Shown here piece by piece: positions 33,803 through 48,260 of a stretch of 64,000 bases of DNA. Where the stretch lies: the NCBI RefSeq assembly GCF_009914755.1, contig NC_060930.1; one strand, 5' to 3'. Under the pieces are notes generated by a model. It made no database searches and was not told the origin of the DNA. It saw nothing but the letters and a program-made list of their open reading frames with translations. Source of the DNA: the human T2T-CHM13v2.0 reference genome, Homo sapiens. Within the stretch, counting starts at the first letter, position 1; each line of letters starts with the position of its first letter. The translations under genes and the position numbers were made by a program.

Positions 33803-33987
33803 CAGTGGCTCTCAAACTTTAGCCAGCATCAGAATCACTGGAGGGCGGTTAGAACACAGATTGCAGGGCCATGGTCCTAGAGTTTCTGATTCAGTAAGCC
33901 TGGAGTGAGGCCTGGGAACCTACATTTTATCAAGTTCTCAGGTGCTGCCAGTGCTCTAATCCAGGACCATACTCTGAGGACTCCAGC
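33803..33987. mobile_element. MER5A
   Basis: CAGTGGCTCTCAAACTT..GCATCAGAATCAC..'gtttctgattcagta'. Confidence 0.8.
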
Positions 33988-34949
33988 TCTGACTCACTCA
34001 CTGCGGCTGGGCCGCGGTAGGTAGTTCTTCATTTACTTTTCTTTTCAGAGCAGTGGTGTTTCTCATAGGATGCCTTATCCTGAGAATTCATTGGGGTAAT
34101 GTAGATAAAGGATTAATACAGTGCTGGCACATAGTAGGTAATACATGATAAATGTCAACATTATAAACCCTCTGAGCAATTAGCTATATGATAAATACCC
34201 TTGGTGGGTTGATATTAGTGAGGGTAAGGCCAATTAGGTTTTAAAGCATTTGTGAATTCCTTAAGTTTTTCCAGTTTTGCGTTGGAATAGAGATAAGATC
34301 ATGGAGTACAACACAGGCATATCCTATTTCAAGTCTTCAACTTGAACTTGCTAAATGAGCAGTTGATTTAAATGCTTGACACCAGTTTGCTTGTGTGAAT
34401 GGATAGAACAGTTAACTCACTCAATGCCCCAAGAATTCTCTTTTGTGGGAAGTTTTTCAAACACATTTGGCTTCTTTGGTGAATACACATGTAGGATATT
34501 CAAAAAGCAAAAAGGAAAATGAACACGGGGATCATTAGATTTAACGTCAGCGTTGAGAGTTAAAAATAACCTGTGTGTCTTGGGGAAATGTGTCTTCTAG
34601 AATAGTACTATTCAAAATGTGGTCTGCAGATGGGCTTCTGAATATGACTCTTGGTTGCCAGTCCCCAAATGAGATAAGAAACATGTACTAGAATGTAAAT
34701 TCAGAGACACCAACCACATCTCTACACACACTGTTTAGTTCCACTGGCCTTTTTGTGGGGGAGAGGGGACAAGACTTTCCTGAGGAAGGAAGCTGCGTTG
34801 ATTACATTCTGGCACAAGCTCCTTTCTGGACTGGCACCTTGAGCAGCACTGTCCCAGAAGACAATGAGTTCAAGACTACATAAAAGCTTCAGCTCCTCCG
34901 TGGGTCCTGTCCCCTCTTAGCCTAAATCAGGGACTCTGTGTGTGTGCGA

Positions 34950-35396
34950 TTCTATTGTCAGCCCGCAGTTTAACAAACAAAGAGAGGCTCTCTAAAAAAA
35001 ATAATTTTTACTTAAGGATTAGGAAATTGCAAGGTAATACGCATGCCGTAATAAGCTATGTTCATATTCAGGGAGGTAAGGGAAAATCATTTCTTTCTTT
35101 TATTATTAGTATTTTTAATTTCTAATTTAAATTTTATTATTATTTTCCCTTACCTCCCCAAATATGAACATAGCTTATTAATGGCATGCGTATTTTATTT
35201 TGATATAAAATAACTATCTCAAAATTTTGAGATAATTATCCTTGGCTACAAGGACCAATAATAAGAATGATGCCAATTCGAGATTGGACAGGCTGTTGCT
35301 GGGCAGATGTCCTCCCAGAAGTATTTTTTTTGTGTAAGGTTGTGATGACCTTTGTGTGAGATTATGGTTTTTGCAATCTTTTGGGAGAGTTCTGAC
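34950..35396 (-). mobile_element. ERV1-type LTR fragment containing a fold-back inverted repeat
   Basis: LTR-like sequence 'ataattatccttggctacaa..gttgctgggcagatgtcc'; inverted repeat at 35036-35194. Confidence 0.55.
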
Positions 35397-35740
35397 ACCT
35401 GCTACAACATGGATGAACCTCGAGGCCATTGTGGTAAGTGAAATAAGCTGGTGACAAAAGGACCAATGCTGTGTAGTTTCACATGATACGAGGTGCCTAG
35501 AGTCATCAAATTCACAGAGAGAGAAAGCAGTCTGGAGGTTACCTGGGGCTGGGGGAAGGTGAAAGGGGCTATTTAATGGGTCTCGAGTTTCTGGTGGCCT
35601 GGTGAAGAAGGTTTGGAAATACTGGTGATGGTTGCACAACATTGTGAATGTAACTGTAATGCCACCAACTGTACCCTTACAAGCGGTTAAGATGATCAAC
35701 TTAATGCTATATATAGTTTACCACAATAAAAAATACAAAA
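35397..35740 (+). mobile_element. Old L1M (L1MB/MC-like) 3' end
   Basis: 'gctacaacatggatgaacctcgag..agtgaaataagc', 'ggtgatggttgcacaacattgtgaatgta', AATAAA. Confidence 0.85.
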
Positions 35741-35837
35741 AGTGCATGTTAATATATACATCTACTAGGTACCCCCAAAAATTTTCAAAATATTTTTTAA
35801 AAAAATTTAAGTGCATGCTAGTTGAAAAAAATCAAAT

Positions 35838-35955
35838 TATATATATATGTATGTGTGTGTATATATATGTGTATATATATGTGTATATATGTGTATATAT
35901 ATGTATATATGTATATATATGTGTGTGTGTGTATATATATGTGTATGTATATATA
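35838..35955. repeat. (TA/TG)n compound microsatellite
   Basis: Direct observation. Confidence 0.95.
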
Positions 35956-36354
35956 AATAGCAAAGGTGAGAGAGGCCTGAGATAGGCAACAACCCTCCTC
36001 CCCTTCCCCTAGTCTCCAAAAATGCAAGGGAACAAATATCCCAAGAGACTTGGAAACTACTCCCAAGGGGCATGGAGATTGGTTGATGATGGACCAGCCA
36101 GAAGGGCCCTGTGATCTGGGTTTGGAGGTGGTGGGAGGCAGACTATGTCTGGGTGTAGGTGCAGCCTGCACACTGCCTGTTGCCTAAGACCACCAGGACT
36201 AGACCCTTCCGTGGGACCCACCAAGATGGGGCCACACCAAGACCCGCTTCTCTCTCTCTCAGTACCAGGACACTCTGTGGGCACCCGGGGAAATGGAAGG
36301 GCAAGAGACAGAATGATATTTGTCTCTGTATTAAAATAGAAGGGGTAAAATGGT

Positions 36355-36899
<545 letters not shown>

Positions 36900-37834
36900 A
36901 AAATTGTCTTGATAGCAAAATTAAATTTTCTGTCATCAGTGGAAATGAAATGATTAAACCAGACAACCAATCTGAAGTAAATAATGAAACACAACCAGTG
37001 TGAAAGTGTTTCATACCATCTTCCAAAGCATCCATCCATAGCACACCCTTCCTTTTCCTCAGCTGATGAGAAAAACGTATTGGGAAGACAAGTTGACCAG
37101 GATGCTTTAGAGCTACTCAGAGTAGAGAGATAGTTGGGCCTTCCACAAGTCAGCAGTGTGGCAACTTACTATGCCCCCAACCACAGCTCTTCTTCTAAGG
37201 TAAAACCAAATGGAAACCCTGATATTAGCAGAGGCCTTTACCAATCAAGCTTGGTGGGGACCACAAGGCATTTGCTATCTTGACTTGACCGTGAAAGAGA
37301 GGCCTGGCCATGGAGATGGGTTGGATATGGAGAACTAGGGGTCTAGCTCAGGTTAGCATTATGGGAATCCACATCAAGAAGGAGGCAGGGATGGCATCGT
37401 GGAAATCCAAGAGCGAGAGTCCTGGGAAGGAAGCACTTCACTGGCCCTGCAGGTGCTTTGGAATATAAAGCAGTGTGGACACCAGAGCTCCGGGGCTGTG
37501 TGCCTCCCGTCCTGGCATCACCGTGACCTGCCCTGCCCCTCTCCACTACCTGTTCCTGCTACCCTTTGCCCCCTGGTGGCATCTGCCAATTCTTTTCCTC
37601 TATGCTATATGCATTTTAAACCTCTTTTCTGTATTTCTCCTAAGCTAAGCTGGAGCCACACGATGCCAAGTACCTGTACCTCTTGCATCTGTGCAAGAAA
37701 CCTGCACCTCCCACTTTCCATTCCCCAGCCAGGCCGGTGTGGCACTGACGGGCTCTGGCCAAGGACTCTGGCTTGCTATGAAGAAGTGAACAACGGGGTA
37801 GCCATTCCAGGGGGATACACACAGGGGCTATTTC

Positions 37835-38000
37835 TGCCCATTTATCTGACACTGACCCTAGGCCTATTTGTACTTCATTTTCTTCATTTGAAAAAATGAG
37901 GATACTAATGGGATCTATTGCACAGGGTTGTTGTGAGGCACATATGAGATAATATGTAGAAGTACTAAGAAGAGAACCTGGTACCACATGGTGTGTGCTA
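37835..38000. mobile_element. MIR
   Basis: 'aaaatgaggatactaat..cacagggttgttgtgagg' MIR core. Confidence 0.75.
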
Positions 38001-38223
38001 GATGTGTCCCCAATTCTCAACCTGTCACTGTTCCCTCCCCACATTCCATTTAGGGTGAAGAAAGAATTTACCAGCATGACCTAGAGAGACCTGCCTCATC
38101 GGGCATTTTGCTACCTCTCTGGCTTCCTGCATCCCCTGTTTATGCCCTCCTGAAATGCTCAGCTCCTGTCAATCCTCTCCATAGGTACCTGTTCCTTCCA
38201 AGGCATAGGCCTTTGCCCACACC

Positions 38224-38702
38224 TGGAACGGAATTAAAAGAAATTTAAAAATGTGTAAGCAAAACTCAATTGTATGTAAGAAAAACCAATTCCCCCTGAG
38301 GAAGAGAAAGAGCTGAAATCCTTTAAAAATTGACTGCCTGTTTTTCTGAGGCTAGTGAGCCTTATCTCCCCCTTTCCCAGGCATTGTGAAGACCCTGTTT
38401 CTCTAGCTGTGCAGCTGCAAGGTCACTAGACAGATAATCTCAAGTCACAAAACATGCTGTTCCTTGAAAAGTAAGAAATAATGTAATGCATGTCTTAATT
38501 GAATAACTGTCTTTGTTTCTCGTTTCTGTAATACACTTCCCCCTGCACAAATCTCCCCCCACCCCACAAAATGCTTAAAAGGTAGCTTGACTCTTTGTTG
38601 GGGGCTCAGTCTTTTGGATGTTAATCTGACTGGGTCAGTGCACCTAAATAATTAAATAATTCCTCCTCAACCCATCTCTGATGCCTTAATTATCCTGCTG
38701 CA
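38224..38702 (+). mobile_element. Solo ERV1 LTR (LTR15-like) inserted in an L2 remnant
   Basis: TG...CA termini with 4-bp TSD CACC at 38220-38223 and 38703-38706. Confidence 0.8.
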
Positions 38703-40339
38703 CACCATGACCTCTGCCTGGAAGGCTCTCTCCTGCCCCATGACTGATTCCCGCTCACAGCTCCGACCTCAACTCAGCCATTCCTTCCTCTGGGAAGCCT
38801 CTGATTTCACCAACTCAGCCCAGTCACACTCCAGTCAGCTCCCTAGCAGCTCTTAGGGAAGTTGGAATGTGGCATTAGTATATGAGATTCGATCCGCTTG
38901 TCTCTCTGTGGCTCCTGCCTCCATGAGCATGTGCAGCCCCTACTGCCCTCCGTTCTATTTCTGGCCCCAAATGCAATGCCTTTTGCATGGATCCCAAAAA
39001 ATATATTTTGAATGAATGAGTGAATGAATGAATGAAGGAATGCATGGTCATTTTGCTTTTCTTCTCTATCTTGAACCAAGCAATTCAGAGCAAGAATCTT
39101 TTCTTTCCCATTGCAAGTCACCAAACATGATGGAAAGCTGCCTTCTGGCATGGTTGTCCTTATGTTTCAGCTCCTCCGGGGCTCTCAGTGGCTTCAGAAT
39201 CCCCTACAGACTCATTCTGCTGGGCACATGGTCTGAAACCCAAGAGACTCAGGCAATACTCAATTAGCCAGCCAGCTGCTGCATGCCACAGCTGTTAGCA
39301 TTCCCTTCTGAGATGGGGGTGCCTCCCAGACTTCACCCACTAGTGCACTAAAACCAATTCCCACCACCCCATTTTTCCTGGGCTTAATCCTGTTCCTGAC
39401 ACTGATATGAATTGTGCTTTTGTAGTTACAGGCACCGAGGATCTTTCTGATTCTTCGAAGGTAAGGAGACACATGGGCTGAAACCGAGGCAGGCCTGGGA
39501 CCTCCTAGGAGCAGAGGCAGTTGCCACCCATGGCCCTCACCTTGTCCTTCCCCTGGGCTGTGAGGCATTGCTGCCTTGCAGGCCTTGCTTCTCTCTGCAC
39601 ATTTGTCTTGCTCTTCTCTTGCTATGGAGTGGTTTCTTTATTCTGTGTTTTTAGTGGGATGTAAAGAGAAGCTGGGCCCCAACACAGGCTCTGCCATTTT
39701 CAGCTGCCTGCGTGGGGTTGGATCACATGGACTGGACATGTCCCCTCTGACACCCTTTCAGCAGGCACAGGGAGGGCACTTTCCTGTACAAAAGCTGTCG
39801 GCATGGCAGGCAGCACCACCAAATTCAATGGTCTGTGGAGGCCAGTGCTTCCATAATAAACTTTGTTTATTATCTTCTACAGAGTTCTCTGGAGTTAGAG
39901 AACCAATATGATATACATCTTAAAAAACAACTGTCTATCACAAAAAGGAGTATTACAATATATGATACAATAAAACCATCAAAATGAGTATTGAAATAAA
40001 TAACACATATTCAATTTTTTAAATAGATAATATATTTACAACAGCTCAAAATACTTAAATTATGGAATAGTATTCAGTAGAAATTCTCTCACCCTTGTCC
40101 CCCATCTATCCAGTTTCCACACTCCCTCCAAAACAAGTAACCACTGTTTTTTTCACTGTTTATTTTGAAATAATATAGACTCACAAGAAATTGCAAAATT
40201 AATAAAGAGAATTCCTGATATAACCGCTCCTTAGAGTATGCTCTTCCAGGAAATACATATATAAGTTTGTATAAATGTATCATATTTTCCACTCTGTTTT
40301 ATTCAAATGGCATCATGTTATACATACGTTTGCACCTTG

Positions 40340-41095
<756 letters not shown>

Positions 41096-41594
41096 CTTTC
41101 TAAAACAGACAGACAAACTAACACATAAAAAGCCCTACTGAAGTAATTACATAATCAAGTTGTCACTTTAATTTTTTGTGTCACTTTTCCTGGATCAAAG
41201 TTTTTCTCTGATGCAAAACATGATATTCTCTTTACTCCATATATTGGCTCAGGTATCATAAAAAAAAAATCAAAACCCTAGGGCTGTTTTCACAAATATG
41301 CCATTTAAAATGCATGGTGCCAAACCTCTTTCCTGAACATTTTCTTCCAGCAGATCTGAGTTGGTGTGTGGAAATCTATTTAAAAAAAACAAAAACAAAA
41401 ACAAGTTCTTCAGGTGATCTAGCTAGATCTAGCACATGCAAGTTCTTACTCAGATTCTGGCAATTGTTGTCTAAGAATATATCGACAGAGTACATACTTT
41501 TAAAAAGTTAATGGACTGGTGTATAACCAAAGCCACAACACCCCACACATGTGACTGTGATCTTTGCTCCTTTGCAAAGTCCTCACAGAGTTGA

Positions 41595-41933
<339 letters not shown>

Positions 41934-42854
41934 TAGCTTCGCTGTCGTGTTGTGTTGATGATGAGTGTGAGTCAATGGCAGGGCTTATGGAGAGGAAGAA
42001 ACACACACAGGCCAGCTTCAACATCAACCTCTATTGTGCTAATGAATCAGTGCTTGGCACAGACAGGTCATCTCTCTCCAGTGATGAGCTTGTCACCTGC
42101 TGGGACCAACCCTTTTTTATTTTTGATGCCCAGTGAAAAAGCTGTTGAGAGGCTGAAGTTTTCCCTGGCTACAATTCTGTTCTGGTTGTTAAAATCTTTC
42201 TGCAGGAATTCATCCCAGGCTGGCAGTGGGCAGGGACTAAGAGGCCAGGTTTTGATCAGGAACTTTGAAATCTACCAAGTGGCATCACCTAGGAGGCTGC
42301 TACCTTTCCCTGTGCCAGGCCCTGGAAGTGAAAGCCTGGGATGGCCTCTGTCCTCAACAAACTGAATGTCCAGTTCAGCTGCCAAGATGATACACTAGAA
42401 TCAGAGAGAGTAACAAAGAGACAGACCCGGTGGAACTGATTCTAAGGTGTTTAGAGTAGGCCTGGGAGTTTGACGGTGCAGTCAGGGAAAGGACAAACCA
42501 GGCTGGGAGGATGAATAGGGTACAAATAGCAAGTGCTGGGAGGCCTGTCAGGCAACAAGGAGCCAAAGGAGCAGAAGCACCTGGAGGCCTGGGGCAGGGG
42601 TAAGAGAGGAAGTGGAGAATTGAGGGTGGAGGGAGAGGGTAAGAATGGAAGTAGAGAATTGAGGGCGGGAAGGTTATGGCCACCTTGAGAAGAAGAGGTG
42701 ATGAAGGAGGCAGGTAGGAAGGGAGAGAGCGTGGAGGAAGCTTGAGCCATCTGTGTTTGAGAAGCTTTGTCTGGGATGGGTTCGATTTGGAAGAGGCTCT
42801 GTGATCTTCAGCTGGGCTAATGATGCCCCCATCCCCAAACAGAGGCCACCTGGA

Positions 42855-43157
42855 CATGTGAGTGTGTGTGAGTGTATGTGTGTGAGAGTGTGTGTTTATG
42901 AATGTGCATGTGTGTGTGCGCTTGCGTGTGTGTGTGTGCATGAGAGTGGATGTGTGTGCGCGTGCATGTGAGTGTTCATTAATGTGCATGTGTGAGTGTG
43001 TGTGCATGAGTGTGTGTGCATGAGTGTGTGAGTGTGCGTGTGAGTGTGCACGTGTGTGCATGAGTGTGTGTGAGCATGCATGAGTTTGTGTGTGCATGCA
43101 TGAATGTGTGTGTGCGTGCGCATGAGTGTGTGAGAGAGTGTGTGCATGAGTGTGTGT
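42855..43157. repeat. Degenerate (TG/CA/GA)n low-complexity tract
   Basis: Direct observation. Confidence 0.93.
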
Positions 43158-43499
43158 CCTAATCTCAGGACCGGGGCGCAGGGTGTCCAGCTGGCTCTCA
43201 GTGCTAACAGCCTGTAGTGCTGACTGCACCGTACAGGAGTCTAGCCTCTCAGCAGGGCTGCCTCTTGCTCTCCTACATTGAAACCTCTTCCACTCAGAAC
43301 GTCAATTCTACCCAGCGGAGAAGCACTTCCCTTAATCCAGGGAACATCTGCTGTGAAGCTGGGTAATGGTTTGTGCTGGTAAGGATGGCCTGGATGGTGG
43401 GGGCAGGTGGGAATGCAGTGGAAGGCGTGGATCAGAGTAAAGTTAATGGAAGAGCAACAGGGTTTGCTAGTAAATTGGATATTGGGAAAAGGAGGAGAG

Positions 43500-43800
43500 A
43501 GGGAGAGTTGGAGACTGGAAGCTATCATAAGTGGGTGAGGGAATGAGGATCCAGCTTAAAGGGGAAGATGTTGAGTTCCATCGAGGACATGTTTGATTTC
43601 AGACGACAGTGACACACCTGAGCAGAAAAGGGAGACAGCAGTCTATGTTAGGGGCCCAGGCCACAGATACTGACTGGAGAGTCACCAGTATGGGGAAGAT
43701 ACTTGGAACCTGGAGAAATAATGAATCCACAAAGTGGGCATTGCTAGAGAGAAGGCTGAGGATAGAACTTGAGGGACACATGCGGTTAAGAGGAACTGTG
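43500..43800. mobile_element. L2 fragment
   Basis: 'ggggaagatgttgagttc..ggacatgtt', 'ggagagtcaccag..' L2-like. Confidence 0.5.
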
Positions 43801-43859
43801 GAAGAAAAATGTACTAGAGAAAGGGAGGAGCTGTGGGAAAGGGGGCTCTGGGATCATAA

Positions 43860-44070
43860 CAGTAACAAGCCCTTATATATTAATAGCTCTTAATGTATGC
43901 AATCACAGCCACATATTATGTGTAGTAAATCATTTCATCTTCATGACAGTACAATGAGGTAGGCACTATTAGAATCCCCATATTACAGATAAGGAAATTG
44001 AGGCCCCAATAGGGTAAGCTCAGGAAGGTGATTGCAGAGACAGGACCCAAGCCAGCTGTTTGCTGGGCTG
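43860..44070. mobile_element. MIR (copy A)
   Basis: 'gaggtaggcactatt..ccccatattacagataaggaaattgaggc'. Confidence 0.8.
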
Positions 44071-44414
44071 CCTCTCCCCTGGGAGAATGACCTAGAATGG
44101 AGGAGGCAGGAGATAGCCAGCAGGGACCAACATTCTCTGAGAGACCAGAAAGAGTGTGCATCAAGGAAAGGCCACTGGATTTGAAGACCCAAGAGGTTTG
44201 AGGACACAGGAGAGCTCGGGCAGGCTGTTGAGGGTCAGGTCCTGGGGCTGGGCCTGGAGGCTGGGAACATAGAGCAGAACTGGAGGGCCTTTCTCTGGCT
44301 CTCTGCCTGATCACTTACTTTTGCAAAATGCTTTGCCTCTTCATTCTCTGTTCCCTGCCATCCTCATCCTTGTCTTATCTTTATACAGAGGAATGAACAG
44401 GACAGCCTTAGTGT

Positions 44415-44640
44415 CGTCCTTAGCAGCTGGGACAAAGTCTGCCCTGAGTGTGGTGTCCACAGATCTCTTGTATGGGGATTCTAATAGGGCCTACCTCATT
44501 GTATTGTCATGAAGATGAAATGATTTACTCCACATCTCTTATGTTGTTTACATAAGTGGTGCATGCCAAGGTCACACAGGTGACCAGTGAGAACCAATGC
44601 TTAAACTCAGGCTTCTCAGCCCCCCAAGTCCCTGCTCTCA
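44415..44640. mobile_element. MIR fragments (copy B, inverted relative to A, then a same-sense MIR piece)
   Basis: 'atggggattctaatagggcctacctcatt..gaagatgaaatga' and 'gccaaggtcacacag'. Confidence 0.7.
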
Positions 44641-44941
44641 GTCACAGGGTGGTTGGACATGATCTACGTGGGGATATTACTCTAGGTCCAGAAGGGATTG
44701 AGCAGGAGCTAACTGGAGAAGAGAACGGACTCCTTTACTGAAGACACATGGAGTTGGTGTTGTTGACTGCAAATAGATACCAGATTGAAACCATTTTTAA
44801 TATTAACAAGGTATTAAATGGTAAAATAAGTATTGTAGGCCATTCTAGCATGAGTTAAGGAAAATATGGGTACCCATCCAACCTCCTGCAGCTCTGATTC
44901 ACAAAGAATTCCTACTGCATGTTCACAGGTCAGAGAATCGG

Positions 44942-45384
44942 CATGTGTGTGTGTGGGTGGGTTGTGGGGTGGTGAGGGGTCATTGTGTGACCATGCTTAT
45001 TAGACATGTGTGTGTGTGGGTGGGGTGGGGGGTGGTGAGGGAACATTGTGTGTCCATGCTTATTAGACATGTGTGTGTGGGGGTGGGGTGGGGAGTGCTG
45101 AGGGGTCATGTTGTGTCCATGCTTATTAGACATGTGTGTGTGTGGGTGGGGTGGGGGGTGGTGAGGGAACATTGTGTGTCCATGCTTATTAGACATGTGT
45201 GTGTGTGGGCGGTGTGGGGGGTGGTGAGGGAACATTGTGTGTCCATGCTTATTAGACATGTGTGTGTGGGGGTGTGTTGGGGGTGGTGAGGGAACATTGT
45301 GTGACCATGCTTGTTATACATGTGTATGTGTGTGTGGGTGGGGTGGGGGTGGTGAGGGAACATTGTGTGACCATGCTTATTAGA
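44942..45384. repeat. Minisatellite, 63-bp unit x7, G-rich
   Basis: Unit ends at 45004, 45067, 45130, 45193, 45256, 45318, 45384. Confidence 0.97.
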
Positions 45385-46677
45385 TGTAGGGTACAGTCTC
45401 CCTTTGCAAACCAGCCAAGGTTGGTGTCCTGTTAATACCTTGTTTGTCTACAGTTAGGGTCCAAGAAAGAAGAGTTGCTGAAGTTTATCTCAAAGAAATA
45501 AGTCTCAGATTGTCCCAGTAAAGTGAACTGAAAATCCTACCCACAAATCCTCTAGTTAGGCTCAGATTCATAGAAGTCCATAGAAATGGGAAAAGAAGAA
45601 AAAGATAGGAAACACATCTCATCAAGATGAATCTGTTTTAGTGTTAGTGGGGGATTCTTCTGCACTTAGCTTCATTGGCCATCCAAAAGCTATTATTCTA
45701 ACTGAAGTCACTAGCTGAATAATAAGTGACCCAACTTGTCCAGTCTTTTCTAAGAAAGGCCTGAGTTAAAATTTTTTATCCAGTGTGAGTAACATCTGAG
45801 AACAAAAATGTTCCTACAAACTTGAGAAACAGATTGTTATGTGCCCATAATAACAAGTAGCTTTCAAAACTGGTTCCAAGCCTGAGCAGTGAATCAATGA
45901 CAACTCATTTCAGAATAAACTTGGCAAGCTAACCAATCAGTGTCAGCCTCATGCTTCTGAAAGCCAGCCAACCAGGGGTGCACTCACTCCAGGGCCAGCT
46001 CCTCTGAGTGTCAGAGTCTCAACCAAATGACACTGATCCTACAAATGATGTGTGCCACTTGCAGCTCTGAAAGTCCACCAGTGCCTGAACTTCATGCTCC
46101 CCAACCAAGTAGCATACTAGGGCGAGTCTCTGGGGATTAGCAGGAGCCAACTGTTAAATATTTAGGAGTTTTTTGTTAAATCATTAGTGGCTTGAAGTCA
46201 CGCCATGGTGTGATTATTTACATCAGTGGATACTGGCAAGTGCTATGAATCAGTGCTTTCTCCCTTCCACCCCACAAAGAGTTGGCTTACCAGCCCACCA
46301 CTGCCAAAAATTCTATATTAAGTCAGCATTCTACTCTGCTCAGAGAGTCGAGCTTGATCAACATAGTTGTCTTTTACTATGGGAAGCAATGCAATCAGCT
46401 TTGTCTTAGACACACCTAGACATTAATACTTTCACATGGCTAATTTAAGAGGTTGGTTTGCTAGACTCCTGTAAGACCTTAAGCTTTTAGAATAAGAGAC
46501 AGGCAAGTTTAGATGAGAGAAGAGTAGGAAAGGAAAAGGACTTGAATGAAGACATTGTTCTTGAGATCAAGTCTGGGTGGGTTCCTACTAGGGGAAAGTT
46601 AGGGTCAGCAGGGGACACTGGGGTACCCAAAGAGATAAAGGGTCTCAGAAGACAAATCCTGTCTTCACTCCACTGCT

Positions 46678-47561
46678 TTGGAGAGGAAGATAAAAATACC
46701 TTTTCCTCTACCCAATCTAGGTTCATGGCTGAGGCCCCTGTAACAAAAGACAGAATAACAGAAAAGTATACATGTTTATTTAGCATAAGTTTCATGTGAC
46801 ACAGGAGCCTTCATAGGGAAATGAAGACCCAAAGGAACAGTTAAACCTGTGTGTTTTCATGCTAGGTTTGGCAAAAAGTGAACAGTCGTGGAGACGTACA
46901 AGAGGACAGAGGGGCTATGGTCTAACGTGGTCTAATGGCAATAAACTGGGGAAACTTAGTGTATTAGTCTGTTTTCACACTGCTGATAAAGACATACCTG
47001 AGACTCGGTAATTTATAAAGAAAAAGATTTAATGGACTCACAGTTCCATGTGGCTAGAGATGCCTCACAATCATGGTAGAAGGTGAAAGGCATAGCCTAC
47101 GTGGTGGCAGGCAAAGAGAGAATGAGAATCAAGCGAAAGGGGCTTCCCCTTATAAAACCATCAGCTCTCCTGAGACTTATTCACTACCACAAGAACAGTA
47201 TGGGGGAAACTGCCCCCATGATTCAATTACCTCCCACTAGGTCCCTCCCACAACACATGGGAATTATGGGAGCTACAATTCAAGATGAGATTTGGGTGGG
47301 GACACAGCCAAACCATATCACTTTGCAATATGTATTTGTTCAGATTCTTCTCTGTGTCCCTAACATCCTCAGAGATGAGAATGCTCCTTTCCTCTGGGTG
47401 GGCACCTCTTACATGGGTGCCATATGACCTGCCTCAGGGGAGGGTCAGAAAATTCTTCCTAGGTTTTATGACCTGCTTCAGGAAAGAAGGGCAGTGGAAG
47501 GTCAGAAAGCCCTTTTTGCTCTGAGGTTGGCATGCTTCGGGGTAATATGTTCTGAACCCCA
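46678..47561 (-). mobile_element. ERV1 (MER4/MER39-group-like) LTR interrupted by THE1
   Basis: LTR-like sequence on both sides of the THE1. Confidence 0.6.
46960..47320 (-). mobile_element. THE1-family MaLR solo LTR
   Basis: TGTATTAGTCTGTTTTCACACTGCTGATAAAGAC ... CACAGCCAAACCATATCA; flanks cttag/ctttg. Confidence 0.93.
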
Positions 47562-47680
47562 CTGGCTTTAGGATAGCACTTCCCTATTCAAGGTGTCTCT
47601 TTCTGGGCACCCTTCAGCCTTCCCAATCCCTACCCACCTCAGTGCTACTAATGAAATAATCCATCTATACAGCAGCCAGA

Positions 47681-48260
47681 TGTCACCTTAATAGTTCTGT
47701 TGCTCGATGCACACAGCAAGTCAATACACTGAGACACCAGGTTGCAACAGAGAAAGAGGTTTAATCATAAGGCTGCTGAATGAAGGGACAGGAGGAAACC
47801 TTAAATCCATTTCCCTGAGGAGTTTGGAGCTAGGATTTTTTAGAGTTTTGGGGTGGGCCAAAGTGTGGAGGTCACTGATTGGTCAGAGCGCAGGATGAAG
47901 TCATGGGACAGGGAGATGAAGAAACTGTATTCTCATGCTGATTCCACTGCGTTATGGGAGTCTTCAAACTGGTTGGCATCAGCTATTTCACTGGAATTCG
48001 GATCTGAAAAACATTTTAAGTAGTTTTTAAATAAAAGCCTTATGATCGTGATGGAGAGATCCTATCTATCTCAAACAAAAGCCTTGTGACTCTCATGTCA
48101 GAAATTCTATGCATAGGAACAGCGGGGATGCAAATGGTCGGTATCTACTAGTGCTATGAGACTTTCAGAACAAGGAAGTGGGTCAAAGCAGCCTGATGAA
48201 TGCTTGATTATAACTGTACTTCTGTCCATAATTCTTGTTAGCCCTATGAGGATGGCCTCA
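47681..48260 (-). mobile_element. Solo ERV1 LTR (LTR26-like)
   Basis: TG...CA termini, flanks caga/cagg. Confidence 0.7.

Noticed and set aside
42375-43229. 284-aa minus-strand ORF
   Set aside because: Built from (CA)n and pyrimidine low-complexity tracts; no recognisable domain
44930-45363. Repeats as a CRISPR-like array or a 21-aa His/Pro repeat protein
   Set aside because: No unique spacers, eukaryotic intron, and the ORFs are by-products of a 63-bp (3n) unit
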